Assembly: GCA_037140115.1 (NCBI GenBank) | Contig: JBAXFB010000001.1 | Location: forward strand, 1-40,650 | Origin: a bacterium | Lineage (GTDB): Bacteria; Patescibacteriota; Minisyncoccia; Phycocordibacterales; UBA9973 | Length of the DNA stretch: 40,650 nucleotides | Direction: 5' to 3' | Shown here: one piece after another, positions 7,503-17,375 of the stretch | Layout: each line of letters begins with the position of its first letter | Numbering within the stretch: the first letter of the stretch is position 1 | Notes under the pieces: generated by a model | What the model saw: the letters and a program-made list of their open reading frames with translations, nothing else | What the model was told of the DNA's origin: nothing | The model's database searches: none | Position numbers and translations under genes: made by a program

Positions 7503-10022
7503 ATGTCTATATTTGGAACAATATTTGGTGATGAGAGCTCAAAATTCCTTGGAAGCATTAAGGGAACCGTTGAAAAAATCAATGCTCTAGAAGCTGATGT
7601 TTCAAAGTTCACAGATGCGGACTTTCCAAAGAAAACCCTTGAATTTAAAGATAGATTAACAAAAGGTGAGTCTTTGGACGATATTTTGCCAGAGGCTTTT
7701 GCGTTGGTGCGTGAAGCTTCCAAAAGAAATTTAAACGAAAGGCATTACGATGTCCAGCTCATCGGAGGTATTGCTCTACATAAAGGTAAAATCGCAGAGA
7801 TGCGTACAGGTGAAGGTAAGACTTTAGTGGCAGTGCTTGCTGCTTATTTAAATGCTTTGAGTAGAGAGGGTGTGCATATCATTACAGTGAATGATTATTT
7901 GTCTCGTATTGGTGCTGTGCTGATGGGGCAAGTTTATAATTTTTTAGGCTTGTCAGTGGGAGTTATAAATTCAAATAATGTTTCGTATCTTTATGACTCT
8001 ACCCATAAAGAAGAAGACAAAGAGCGTGATGCAGTCGGTGAATTTAAAGTTGTGTATGATTTTTTAAAACCAACTAGCCGTAAAGAGGCCTATGCTGCAG
8101 ACATTACTTATGGTACAAATCATGAATATGGTTTTGATTATTTGCGCGACAATTTAGCAACGACAGTAAGTGGTTTGGTCCAACGTGCACCAAACTATGC
8201 GATAGTCGACGAAGTAGACTCTATTCTGATAGATGAAGCCAGAACTCCACTTATTATTTCTTCTGCTGCAGGCGACTCTGAAGATTTTTATACAAAGTTT
8301 TATCAAATCGCCAAGCAGATGAAGCGCGACACTGACTATGAAGTTGATGAGAAGTTACGAGCGATTACTTTAACCGATGCAGGCATTAACAAAGCTGAAC
8401 AGCTTTTGGGGGTTGAAAATATTTACACAGAAAAGGGTATCAAGTATGTTCACCATCTAGAGACTGCAGTAAAAGCTCAAGCAATATTTCTGAAAGACAA
8501 AGACTACGTTGTAAAAGATGGTGAAGTTGTTATAGTGGACCCTTCTACTGGTCGTTTACAACCAGGACGACGTTGGTCAGAGGGAATTCATCAGGCGATC
8601 GAAGCAAAGGAAGGAGTCAAAATAGAAAAAGAAACTCGTTCTAGTGGTTCTATAACTTTTCAGAACTATTTTAGATTTTATAAAAAGTTGGGTGGCATGA
8701 CGGGTACGGCACAGACTTCTGCAGAAGAGTTTTTGAAAGTTTACGGCCTGGATGTGATAGTCATTCCAACGCATCGACCGATAGTACGTATGGACCACAA
8801 TGATTTAATCTTTCAAACCGAAAAAGGGAAGTTTCAAGCGATTGCTAAAAAAATAAAAGAATTAAACGCTAAAGAACAGCCGGTCTTGATAGGTACTATA
8901 TCAATTGAGAAAAATGAACTCTTGTCTGTTTATTTAAAGCAAGAAGGTGTACAGCATGTTATTTTGAACGCTAAAAATCACGAGAAGGAAGGAGAGATCA
9001 TAGCGCAAGCAGGTAAAAGAGGGGCAGTTACTATCGCTACAAACATGGCAGGCCGTGGAATCGACATCAAGCTTGGGGGGAATCCACACACACAAGAGGA
9101 TTATGAATTCGTGAAAAACATCGGCGGACTTTTTGTGTTAGGCACAGAAAGGCATGAAGCTCGTCGCATCGACAACCAGCTTCGTGGACGTTCGGGTAGA
9201 CAAGGAGATCCAGGTGATACTCAGTTTTATGTTTCGCTTGAAGATGACCTCATGCGTGTGTTCGGTTCAGATAAAATAAAAACCATGATGGGACGTTTTG
9301 GCATACCGGAAGATCAGCCGATTGAAAACCGTTTCATTGGTAGAACTCTTGAAGGTGCGCAAGCCAAGATCGAAGGATTTCATTTTGATGCTCGTAAAAA
9401 TACTCTTGAGTACGACGACGTTATGAATCATCAGCGTAAAATTATTTACGAACGAAGACAGAAGATGCTAAAGGCTGATAAGGCTGGCATTGAAGCATTG
9501 ATCGAGGACCTTAAGGCGGAACATGAAGGTTTTGACAAAATAGTTGAGGAAAAAAAGAAGAAATTAGGCGAGGCAGAATTTTTCGAAGTTGTGCGTCGTA
9601 TTGCTTTGTACACCACTGACACTCTATGGATGGAACATTTAGAGGTGATGGATTATCTTCGCTCTTCTGTAAACCTGCGTGCTTATGGTCAACGTGAGCC
9701 GATTGTGGAATACAAAAAAGATGGTCTGATGATGTTTAAGCAAATGGAGGAAAGCTTTAAAGAACAAGTTTTTGCTTTGGTTGGCACAATTTCTGAGCCG
9801 GCTAGAACAGAAGAAAATAATATTTCTCAAACTTTAGTCACAAGTCATACTGAACCAAGTGAACTTGGAGGTCCAAAAGACTTGAATGCTGGAGGTGAAG
9901 ACATTGGAAGAAATGACCCATGTCCTTGTGGAGCAATCAACCCAGAAACTGGCGAAGTCTACAAATGGAAAAAGTGCGGAATGATCAACGCTCCACAGCA
10001 TAGGAAGGCGCTTGTAAATTAA
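7503..10022 (+). CDS. secA: Preprotein translocase ATPase SecA
   Basis: 839 aa. MRTGEGKTL Walker A, DEVDSILIDEARTPLIIS, TNMAGRGIDIKLGG, RIDNQLRGRSGRQGDPG. C-terminal Cys-rich tail CPCG...KKCG. Confidence 0.97.
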   Translation: MSIFGTIFGDESSKFLGSIKGTVEKINALEADVSKFTDADFPKKTLEFKDRLTKGESLDDILPEAFALVREASKRNLNERHYDVQLIGGIALHKGKIAEMRTGEGKTLVAVLAAYLNALSREGVHIITVNDYLSRIGAVLMGQVYNFLGLSVGVINSNNVSYLYDSTHKEEDKERDAVGEFKVVYDFLKPTSRKEAYAADITYGTNHEYGFDYLRDNLATTVSGLVQRAPNYAIVDEVDSILIDEARTPLIISSAAGDSEDFYTKFYQIAKQMKRDTDYEVDEKLRAITLTDAGINKAEQLLGVENIYTEKGIKYVHHLETAVKAQAIFLKDKDYVVKDGEVVIVDPSTGRLQPGRRWSEGIHQAIEAKEGVKIEKETRSSGSITFQNYFRFYKKLGGMTGTAQTSAEEFLKVYGLDVIVIPTHRPIVRMDHNDLIFQTEKGKFQAIAKKIKELNAKEQPVLIGTISIEKNELLSVYLKQEGVQHVILNAKNHEKEGEIIAQAGKRGAVTIATNMAGRGIDIKLGGNPHTQEDYEFVKNIGGLFVLGTERHEARRIDNQLRGRSGRQGDPGDTQFYVSLEDDLMRVFGSDKIKTMMGRFGIPEDQPIENRFIGRTLEGAQAKIEGFHFDARKNTLEYDDVMNHQRKIIYERRQKMLKADKAGIEALIEDLKAEHEGFDKIVEEKKKKLGEAEFFEVVRRIALYTTDTLWMEHLEVMDYLRSSVNLRAYGQREPIVEYKKDGLMMFKQMEESFKEQVFALVGTISEPARTEENNISQTLVTSHTEPSELGGPKDLNAGGEDIGRNDPCPCGAINPETGEVYKWKKCGMINAPQHRKALVN

Positions 10023-10053
10023 AATGAATGAACAGAGTTAGTGAAAATTTTTT

Positions 10054-10599
10054 ATGGAAAATAAGGTGGGACAACTAGAGCAATTAGGTAAGTTAGTGCA
10101 ACCATCTCTAGAATATAAAGCTAGTTTTATTGAAGCTATGCGAGAGTTTCAAGCAGAGGGCAAGAAATTAAATATTGATATAGAAGATTTAGAAAATAAT
10201 TTCAATGAGTTCTTGGAAAAAATTGTTAAGGATGATGATCTGCCAGACGATCAAATACCTCAAACGGTACTTTGGCTTGTGGATAGAAATGAATTTATTG
10301 GTAGAGTTTCTGTAAGGCAACAACTAAATGAGCGACTCTTAAAAGAAGGTGGAAATATAGGATATGAAATACGACCTTCAAAAAGAAAATTCGGATATGG
10401 AAGTAAAATTTTAGAATTAGGGTTGCCTATTGCAAAAGGTCTTGGCATACATAAAGTTCTTTTAACTTGCGACGATGACAATGTTGGTTCAGTTAGAATT
10501 ATCGAAAAGAATGGAGGAGTTTTGGATAGAGAAAACCCAAAAATTATTTCCCCGGACAGTGGTAAAAATGTTCGTAGATATTGGATTGAAGTTAAATAA
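10054..10599 (+). CDS. GNAT family N-acetyltransferase
   Basis: IGYEIRPSKRKFGYGSKILELGL and NVGSVRIIEKNGGVL match the GNAT acetyl-CoA-binding core. Confidence 0.75.
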   Translation: MENKVGQLEQLGKLVQPSLEYKASFIEAMREFQAEGKKLNIDIEDLENNFNEFLEKIVKDDDLPDDQIPQTVLWLVDRNEFIGRVSVRQQLNERLLKEGGNIGYEIRPSKRKFGYGSKILELGLPIAKGLGIHKVLLTCDDDNVGSVRIIEKNGGVLDRENPKIISPDSGKNVRRYWIEVK

Positions 10600-10620
10600 T
10601 CTAGTGCTCTTGCTTTTAAT

Positions 10621-10640
10621 TTGTACATTTTGTACAATAT
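10621..10640 (+). promoter_or_regulatory. Tandem TTGTACA boxes (TTGTACAttTTGTACAatat), likely promoter/operator of the TA operon
   Basis: Two copies of TTGTACA (containing the palindrome TGTACA) 2 nt apart, ending in a TACAAT-like -10 element 4-9 nt before ATG 10645. Confidence 0.45.
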
Positions 10641-10644
10641 ACCC

Positions 10645-10893
10645 ATGAACAACATAAAAACACTTTCGACCACAAAATTACGTGAGAATATAAGCGATTT
10701 TATAGATATTGTAGCTACCAGTGGCAGGTCTATTGTACTTGGACGTAGAAACGTTCCAGAAGCGGTTCTCATACCGTTCCCCAATCTTTGGAATGGCAAA
10801 CTATCAGAAATAACAAATATCAATGCATATTCCAAAAGTTTTGATTTTCTTGCTGACGAGCCTGAAATTTACTCAATTAAAGATATAAAATAA
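10645..10893 (+). CDS. Type II antitoxin, Phd/YefM family
   Basis: MNNIKTLSTTKLRENISDFIDIVATSGRSIVLGRRNVPEAVLIPF fits the Phd/YefM N-domain. The track ORF starts at TTG 10621, but ATG 10645 is more plausible. Confidence 0.75.
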   Translation: MNNIKTLSTTKLRENISDFIDIVATSGRSIVLGRRNVPEAVLIPFPNLWNGKLSEITNINAYSKSFDFLADEPEIYSIKDIK

Positions 10894-10895
10894 AT

Positions 10896-11237
10896 ATGCA
10901 TAAGGCTGGTGATATAATTCTAACTCCTTTTCCCTTCACAGATCTTTCAGGAAACAAAGTTCGTCCAGCTTTAGTGCTTGGTGCCCAGAGTGGGGGCGAT
11001 GATGTTACAGTTTGTTTTATTTCATCAAATGTTTCTCAAAAAGTTCACAAGCTTGATGTTTTGGTTGATTCAACGGAAAAAAGTTTTCAAAAGACGGGTC
11101 TTAAGTTGCAATCAATAATTAAGATCACAAAAATCGCTACCCTAGATAAGGCCGTAGTTTTGGGTAAAATTGGCGTTTTGGATGCTGTAAACAGGAAGAA
11201 GGTAAAAGAAGTTTTAGGAATTTATTTTGGGATTTAA
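10896..11237 (+). CDS. Type II toxin, PemK/MazF family endoribonuclease
   Basis: GDIILTPFPFTDLSGNKVRPALVL is the PemK/MazF signature. Starts 2 nt after the antitoxin stop. Confidence 0.8.
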   Translation: MHKAGDIILTPFPFTDLSGNKVRPALVLGAQSGGDDVTVCFISSNVSQKVHKLDVLVDSTEKSFQKTGLKLQSIIKITKIATLDKAVVLGKIGVLDAVNRKKVKEVLGIYFGI

Positions 11238-11285
11238 TTTATCCACACTCAGTACAACAAATACTTGTGTTACAATTAGTAAACT

Positions 11286-12023
11286 ATGCTTCAGTCTTAT
11301 TATGTTCTTAACAATAATAATATTTTGTTAGACAACAAAGGCAAGAGGTATCATTTAAAGATACGTGATTTGCCTATAGAAGATAAGCCTCGTGAGAAAC
11401 TTTTAAAACACGGAGTTGGAGCTTTAACTTTGTCAGAATTGTTGGCCGTGGTTTTAAATACTGGCACAAAGAAAGAAGGAGTTTTGGAAATGTCTCTCCG
11501 CGTCATAAAAGATTACGGAGAGGGTGGCATAATGAGCCAAAAAAATCCTACAGCTTTGTCGAAAGACCTTGATATACCTATTGGAAAATCTCTTCAAATT
11601 GTAGCCTCTGCTGAGCTTGGTCGCAGGTTTTTTGAGAAGAATACAGCGTCACTGCCCACGATTCGAACTGCGAGTGAAGTGTATGAATATGTAAAAGATA
11701 TGCATAGTTTATCAAAAGAACACTTACGCGGTATTTATCTAAATGCTCACTACAAAGTAATTCATAATGAAATTATTTCGATTGGCACTGTGGATGCAAA
11801 CATTATCCATCCACGTGAAGTTTTCAAGCCAGCAGTTGAACATTGTGCTGTGGCCTTGATCCTTGTGCACAACCATCCATCTGGAGTAACTAGTCCAAGT
11901 GAAGCTGATTTGTCGATAACATCTCAGCTTGTTGCGGCCGGCAAATTGCTCGGGGTAGATCTGATCGATCATGTTATTGTTACTAAAGATTCATTTGCAA
12001 GTGTGCCCGTGCTTTACCATTAA
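11286..12023 (+). CDS. radC: RadC-like JAB domain protein (UPF0758)
   Basis: C-terminal JAMM-like motif LILVHNHPSGVTSPSEADLSIT. N-terminal helix-hairpin-helix-like LSELLAVVLNTGTK. Confidence 0.85.
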   Translation: MLQSYYVLNNNNILLDNKGKRYHLKIRDLPIEDKPREKLLKHGVGALTLSELLAVVLNTGTKKEGVLEMSLRVIKDYGEGGIMSQKNPTALSKDLDIPIGKSLQIVASAELGRRFFEKNTASLPTIRTASEVYEYVKDMHSLSKEHLRGIYLNAHYKVIHNEIISIGTVDANIIHPREVFKPAVEHCAVALILVHNHPSGVTSPSEADLSITSQLVAAGKLLGVDLIDHVIVTKDSFASVPVLYH

Positions 12024-12048
12024 TAATTTATAAAATATTATAAAAATT

Positions 12049-12372
12049 ATGAATAGTTATCAAGATCAGTTATATTCAATAAGTTCACCTAAGTTTTGGC
12101 TTGTGAATGACAGGCCCGACAGTGCAAAGTATTTGACAGCAGAAGATAACAAGGCCCACATGAAAAGTTTGTTGTTCCACGTTTCTAAAGGGGATTATCT
12201 TTCTACTTTGTCTACCGTGCTGAGATTCTTTGAAGAATCTATAAAAAATAAAGAAATAACTCCCGAAATGACAGACCTTGAACTGAAAACTATCAAAATA
12301 GCCATGAGTGACCTTTTGTATTTAAATGACAACTATGATTTAGTGCTTAAGAAAGAGAATAAGCAGAAATAA
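12049..12372 (+). CDS. Hypothetical protein
   Basis: 107-aa ORF fills the gap between radC and murE. No motif recognised. Confidence 0.5.
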   Translation: MNSYQDQLYSISSPKFWLVNDRPDSAKYLTAEDNKAHMKSLLFHVSKGDYLSTLSTVLRFFEESIKNKEITPEMTDLELKTIKIAMSDLLYLNDNYDLVLKKENKQK

Positions 12373-12379
12373 GTGATTA

Positions 12380-13651
12380 ATGATGAAAAAGTTTAATTAT
12401 AAAAATTTTAAACGACGGCTTATAAATAACCTTTTAGGTTTTCACTTTTTTCGCGATCCTTACAAGAAATTAAAAATTATTGCAGTCACGGGCACAAATG
12501 GCAAGACGACGACAGCCACGCTTCTATATAAAATTGCCACAGAGCTGGGATATAAAACAGCATTGATAAGTACTGTGGAAAACATTATTGGCTCGCGGGA
12601 TAATATAATTCCGCATAGTGCAAAAGGTCCAGGTACGACTCCTGACCTGACTTATTTAAATAAGCTTTTAAAAGCCGCTGTTAAGTACGGTTGTGAGTAT
12701 GTTTTTATGGAAGCGACATCGATTGCCTCGGATCAAGACAGATTTGCGGGTATAAATTTTGCTGGTGGAATTTTTACAAACCTGACTCACGATCATTTGG
12801 ATTATCACAAAACTTTTGAGAATTATTTCGGTGCCAAAAAAAGATTTTTCCAAAAACTAGGTAAGCATGCTTTTGCTCTCACGAATGCTGATGATGAATA
12901 TGGACTAAAGATGCTGGAGGGGATACATGCGCACTCATTTTCTTACGGTTTTAATCAAAATTTTGATAAAGTACTTTTCCATGGAGAAATTAAAAAATCC
13001 AGTTTTGATGGTTTAGATCTTTCTTTTAACAAGATTGATTTGAGCACCAAACTTCTCGGTAAATTTAATGCATACAATCTCCTTGCTGTTTGGAGTGCGT
13101 GTTCTTTACTTGGTTTTGATATGGATAGAGTTAATAAAATAATAGAAAACATAGAGCCACCGCGTGGCAGGTTCCAACACTTTACTTCGAAAAGTGGCGT
13201 ACTTTCTATTGTTGATTATGCTCATACGCCAGATGCTCTCGAAAAAATCCTAACAGCAATAAAAGAAGTTGCGGAAGTCGGACTTCCGCAAAAGGGTAGA
13301 ATAATTTCTGTTTTTGGTTGCGGTGGGGATCGTGATCCGCTCAAACGTCCAGTCATGGGGCTTGTGGGTGCAAATCTTTCTGATATTGCAATTTTTACTT
13401 CAGACAATCCGCGAAGTGAAGATCCAGATAAAATTCTGCATCAAATGACAGAAAAATTATCACCAGAAGAAATTAAAAAAGTGAAAACAATTCCAGACAG
13501 ACGTGAGGCAATCATCGAAGCTGTAAAGTTGGCCCAAAAAGGGGATGTTATACTAGTGGCAGGTAAAGGCCACGAAGATTATCAAGAAATAAATGGAGTC
13601 AAGAACCATTTTGATGATATGGAGGAATTGAAAAAACTTTACTTAGAATGA
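12380..13651 (+). CDS. murE: UDP-N-acetylmuramoyl-tripeptide synthetase MurE (short N-terminus)
   Basis: IIAVTGTNGKTTTA P-loop, NLTHDHLDYH, VDYAHTPDAL, GCGGDRD, SDNPRSEDP are typical of MurE. Confidence 0.85.
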   Translation: MMKKFNYKNFKRRLINNLLGFHFFRDPYKKLKIIAVTGTNGKTTTATLLYKIATELGYKTALISTVENIIGSRDNIIPHSAKGPGTTPDLTYLNKLLKAAVKYGCEYVFMEATSIASDQDRFAGINFAGGIFTNLTHDHLDYHKTFENYFGAKKRFFQKLGKHAFALTNADDEYGLKMLEGIHAHSFSYGFNQNFDKVLFHGEIKKSSFDGLDLSFNKIDLSTKLLGKFNAYNLLAVWSACSLLGFDMDRVNKIIENIEPPRGRFQHFTSKSGVLSIVDYAHTPDALEKILTAIKEVAEVGLPQKGRIISVFGCGGDRDPLKRPVMGLVGANLSDIAIFTSDNPRSEDPDKILHQMTEKLSPEEIKKVKTIPDRREAIIEAVKLAQKGDVILVAGKGHEDYQEINGVKNHFDDMEELKKLYLE

Positions 13652-15012
13652 TTCTACTAAATCACATGTCTAATTTTAAACAAATTTTCAAAGATAAAAA
13701 GATAACTGTCATAGGCTTGGGCTTGCTTGGGCGAGCCTCCGGCGATACCGCTTTTTTCGCTGAATATGGTGCGGATTTGATCGTTACAGATTTAAAAACT
13801 AGTGAACAGCTGAAAGATTCTTTGAAAAAGTTAGAAAAATATAAAAATATAAAATATGTTTTAGGTGAACACAGACTGGAGGATTTTAGAGGGAGAGATT
13901 TTATTTTAAAGACGGCAGGGGTCCCAATCGATTCTTTATATATACAAGAAGCGGAGAAAAATAATATTCCGGTAGAAATGAGCGCGGAGCTTTTAGTTAG
14001 ACATTCTGGTTTGCCAACTGTGGCGGTGACCGGTACACGAGGCAAATCCACAGTTACACATTTAATTTCACACATTTTAAAGTCTGCAAATAAAAAAATA
14101 ATTTTAGGTGGAAACGTACGAGGTGTTTCAAATTTGCAGTTGCTAAAAGAAGTACAAGGCAAAGATTTTTTAGTATTGGAGCTCGATTCGTGGCAGCTTC
14201 AAGGTTTTGGGGCTAAAAAAATTTCTCCAAATGTCTCTGTTTTTACGACCTTTTTTCCTGATCATATGAATTACTATAAAGGTAGTATGGAGAAATATTT
14301 TGCAGATAAAGCAAATATTTTCAAATTTCAACATAAAAAAGATCTATTGGTGGTCGGGTCACAGGCAATGCCTTTTGTTTCAGAGTGGGGTGGGGAAATA
14401 AAAAGCGAAGTTGTAACCCCAGAAGGTGTGTTGCCAGAGGGGTGGAAATTTAATTTACCAGGTGCTCATAATGAATACAATGCCATGCTGGCGGTAGAAG
14501 TGGCTAGGCATTTAGGCATTCCAGATGAAAAGATTAAAAAAGCTCTTAATGATTTCGAGTCTCTTTCAGGTCGTCTGCAGTTCTTGCGAGAAGTTAATGG
14601 AATAAAAATATATAACGATAATAGCTCGACTACTCCAGATGCGACTATTGCAGCGTTGAAAGCCGTTGGGGATATCACAGAACGTAAAGTGATTCTTGTT
14701 TTCGGTGGTGATAATAAATTTTTATATATGTCGGCGCTTATTTCTGAAATTCCAAAATTTTGCTCGAAAGTTATTTTATTTAAAGAACGAGGTACAGACC
14801 TTATTCGAGACAAGGTGTTTGAACTTAACAAGAAAGGTGTGGAGGTTTACGAAGAAGAAGGTTTGGAAAATACTATTAAACGAGCTTTTCAAGTTGCAAA
14901 AAGCGGTGAGACTATTTTATATAGTCCAGCATTTTCGTCTTTTGGAAAATATTTTACTAATGAATATGATAGGGGAGATCAATTCGTAAAAATCGTAGAA
15001 AGTTTAAAGTAG
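13648..15012 (+). CDS. murD: UDP-N-acetylmuramoylalanine--D-glutamate ligase MurD
   Basis: N-terminal Rossmann-like VIGLGLLG, VTGTRGKSTVT P-loop, Mur ligase C-domain. ATGA overlap with murE. Confidence 0.85.
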   Translation: MILLNHMSNFKQIFKDKKITVIGLGLLGRASGDTAFFAEYGADLIVTDLKTSEQLKDSLKKLEKYKNIKYVLGEHRLEDFRGRDFILKTAGVPIDSLYIQEAEKNNIPVEMSAELLVRHSGLPTVAVTGTRGKSTVTHLISHILKSANKKIILGGNVRGVSNLQLLKEVQGKDFLVLELDSWQLQGFGAKKISPNVSVFTTFFPDHMNYYKGSMEKYFADKANIFKFQHKKDLLVVGSQAMPFVSEWGGEIKSEVVTPEGVLPEGWKFNLPGAHNEYNAMLAVEVARHLGIPDEKIKKALNDFESLSGRLQFLREVNGIKIYNDNSSTTPDATIAALKAVGDITERKVILVFGGDNKFLYMSALISEIPKFCSKVILFKERGTDLIRDKVFELNKKGVEVYEEEGLENTIKRAFQVAKSGETILYSPAFSSFGKYFTNEYDRGDQFVKIVESLK

Positions 15013-15792
15013 TTGTGCTTCTACAGACCCGCCAAACCATTTTTTAACCAGACGATCCATATTTTGAGTTTTGTCGGTCACCAGAAGTTTAACTTCGCCG
15101 TTCTTTGATAAATTTTTTGATATTTCTGGGTGTCGAGATAAGTATTCTTTTAATTTTCCTGGGACTATTTCGTCTTGGGAGATAAGTTTTACATTACTTG
15201 GGATATTTTTTTTAATTTCTTCTTTCATGATCGGGTAGTGCGTACAACCTAGAATGAGAGCATCGATATTGTTTTCAATCAAAGGTTTTAGGTATTCCAA
15301 AATAAATGGTTCTGCCTTAGAATTTTCTCCTTCTTCTATTAGCGGCACGAGCATCGGTGCCGCATTTTGGAAAACTTTCACTTTATCATTAAGTTTGATT
15401 ATTTCTTTCGGGAAAGTATTTGATGCCACTGTTCCGATGGTGGCCAGGACGCCAACCCTTTCATATTTGGAAGCCACTTCGGCCGCAGGTATAAGCACAC
15501 CGAGTATTTTTCGGTCTCCGAAATTTTCTGGTAAGTATTTTTGTTGTATTTCTCGTAGAGCTTGGGCAGAAGCTGTGTTGCAGGCAACAATCACAATAGC
15601 ACAATCTTCTTTACGAAAAAGATAGTCTATAGCTTCACGTGTAAACTGTAGGACTAAGTCGTGCGACTTGTTGCCGTAGGGTAGTCTTTTTGTGTCTCCA
15701 TAATATACATAATCATACTCTGGCATGGCTTCACGTATTGCTTTAGCAATGATGAGTCCTCCTAGCCCTGAATCGAAAATTCCAATCTTCAT
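15004..15792 (-). CDS. murI: Glutamate racemase MurI
   Basis: IGIFDSGLGGL, VVACNTAS, LGCTHYP catalytic motifs. Confidence 0.92.
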   Translation of the reverse strand: MKIGIFDSGLGGLIIAKAIREAMPEYDYVYYGDTKRLPYGNKSHDLVLQFTREAIDYLFRKEDCAIVIVACNTASAQALREIQQKYLPENFGDRKILGVLIPAAEVASKYERVGVLATIGTVASNTFPKEIIKLNDKVKVFQNAAPMLVPLIEEGENSKAEPFILEYLKPLIENNIDALILGCTHYPIMKEEIKKNIPSNVKLISQDEIVPGKLKEYLSRHPEISKNLSKNGEVKLLVTDKTQNMDRLVKKWFGGSVEAQLL

Positions 15793-15847
15793 TTCTGCAT
15801 CTTAACATAATTCGAGCATTCGTGGTATATTAAGTTTTAATCAGATT

Positions 15848-17155
15848 ATGGACATAGATTTATCTAAAATTAAAAAAGTTTTCTTTGTTGGTGTTGGCGG
15901 TATAGGTATTTCAGCCATAGCGCAGATGCTATTTTTGTCTGGTAAGGAAGTTTCTGGTTCTGATATGTCTGAAAGTGTAGTTACAAGAAGCTTAGAAGAT
16001 CTTGGTGTAAGAGTGACTATCGGGCAGGATTTCTCGCTGATACCTAAAGACGCTGATTTGATCGTCTATACCACTGCGATTCCTCACTACGATCCAAAGC
16101 TTTTTGAATTGATTTCATCTTCAGGTATTCCATCTAAAAGTTATCCACAAATGCTTGGAATTGTAACAGCAGACAAGTTTACCATTGCAGTTTCCGGTAC
16201 ACATGGCAAAACTACAACTACAGCCATGATCGCAAAGGTGCTTATTGAGGCCAAGATGGATCCATCTGTAATTGTGGGGTCATTATTAAAGGAATATAAA
16301 TCAAATTTGGTTTCTGGAAAAAGTAAATTTTTCGTTGTTGAGGCTTGTGAATATGAAAGGTCTTTTTTAAATATAAATCCTAAAATCTTAGTAATAACCA
16401 ACATTGAAGAAGATCATTTAGATTATTACAAAGACATGGCTGATATTCAGCGTGCTTTTAGTGAACTTATTGCCCAAACTGGCGATGTTGTAGTTTGCAA
16501 TGGAGAAGATAAAAACGTGAAAAATCTAGTAGCTGGATATAAAGGTAAAATAGTAGATTACTCTAAATATTTAGATAAAGTTCCCAAGCTTTCAGTGCCG
16601 GGCGTTCACAATAGAATGAACGCCGCCGCCGCTATGTCAGTTGCTAGCCTATTGAGTGTCAAAGAAGACATTTCACAAAAGGCATTGGCTGAATTTTCTG
16701 GTACATGGCGCCGGCTTGAAAAAAGAGGTGAAACCAAAGAGGGGGCCATTGTTTATGATGACTACGCGCATCACCCGACAGAGATAAAAGCTAGTTTGCA
16801 GGCACTTCGTGAGTTGTACCCAAAAGATAAAAATAAAATTACTGTTTTGTTTCAACCTCATCTATACAGTCGCACAAAAGCTTTATTTAATGAATTTGTA
16901 AAAAGCTTTCAAGATGCTGATAGGGTTCTTTTGCTTCCTATATATTTTGCCCGTGAGCTTAAGGATGAAAGTATTTCAAGTGAAAAATTAGCTCAAGCTG
17001 TCAGCCTGATAGGTCAAGAATCTATGGCGTACCCTGACTTCAAGTCTGCAGAAGTGGGTGTTTTGTCACTAAAGTTGGGATCAAAAGATGTTTTGGTTAC
17101 CATGGGTGCAGGAGAAGCTTTCAAGGTTACTGATGAGCTTTTTAAGTTTTCCTAA
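15848..17155 (+). CDS. murC: UDP-N-acetylmuramate--L-alanine ligase MurC
   Basis: FVGVGGIGISAIAQ, VSGTHGKTTTTAM, DDYAHHPTEI. Confidence 0.9.
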   Translation: MDIDLSKIKKVFFVGVGGIGISAIAQMLFLSGKEVSGSDMSESVVTRSLEDLGVRVTIGQDFSLIPKDADLIVYTTAIPHYDPKLFELISSSGIPSKSYPQMLGIVTADKFTIAVSGTHGKTTTTAMIAKVLIEAKMDPSVIVGSLLKEYKSNLVSGKSKFFVVEACEYERSFLNINPKILVITNIEEDHLDYYKDMADIQRAFSELIAQTGDVVVCNGEDKNVKNLVAGYKGKIVDYSKYLDKVPKLSVPGVHNRMNAAAAMSVASLLSVKEDISQKALAEFSGTWRRLEKRGETKEGAIVYDDYAHHPTEIKASLQALRELYPKDKNKITVLFQPHLYSRTKALFNEFVKSFQDADRVLLLPIYFARELKDESISSEKLAQAVSLIGQESMAYPDFKSAEVGVLSLKLGSKDVLVTMGAGEAFKVTDELFKFS

Positions 17156-17277
17156 AAGCAAAGGGGAACTTTTTATTACCCCATTTTTAAGCTATCTTGT
17201 CAAACAGTTATTATCGAAAAACCCTTATTTTACAAGGCTTTTTTGGCTTGACATATCAAAAAATCATTGTCTAACTA

Positions 17278-17306
17278 TTGACTTTTAAACCAAAGTATGC
17301 TAGTAT
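17278..17306 (+). promoter_or_regulatory. Near-consensus sigma70-type promoter (TTGACT-17 nt-TAGTAT)
   Basis: TTGACT at 17278-17283, a 17-nt spacer, TAGTAT at 17301-17306. Confidence 0.5.
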
Positions 17307-17314
17307 ATAGGCAT

Positions 17315-17357
17315 GTCCTTAGTAATAGGCGTAAAGCTTATTAAATAAGGACTTTTT
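17315..17357 (+). terminator. Terminator-like long hairpin plus T-run inside the leader of the 17376 gene (attenuator or short sRNA)
   Basis: GTCCTTAGTAATAGGC-gtaaa-GCTTATTAAATAAGGAC followed by TTTTT. Starts about 8 nt after the predicted -10 and ends 19 nt before the ATG. Confidence 0.4.
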
Positions 17358-17375
17358 AATTTCTGCCACAAAACT

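Noticed and set aside
9900-10022. Unusual SecA C-terminal zinc-finger spacing (CPCG-x13-KKCG...H)
   Set aside because: SecA C-terminal tails are variable, and I cannot judge significance without an alignment. Noted only.
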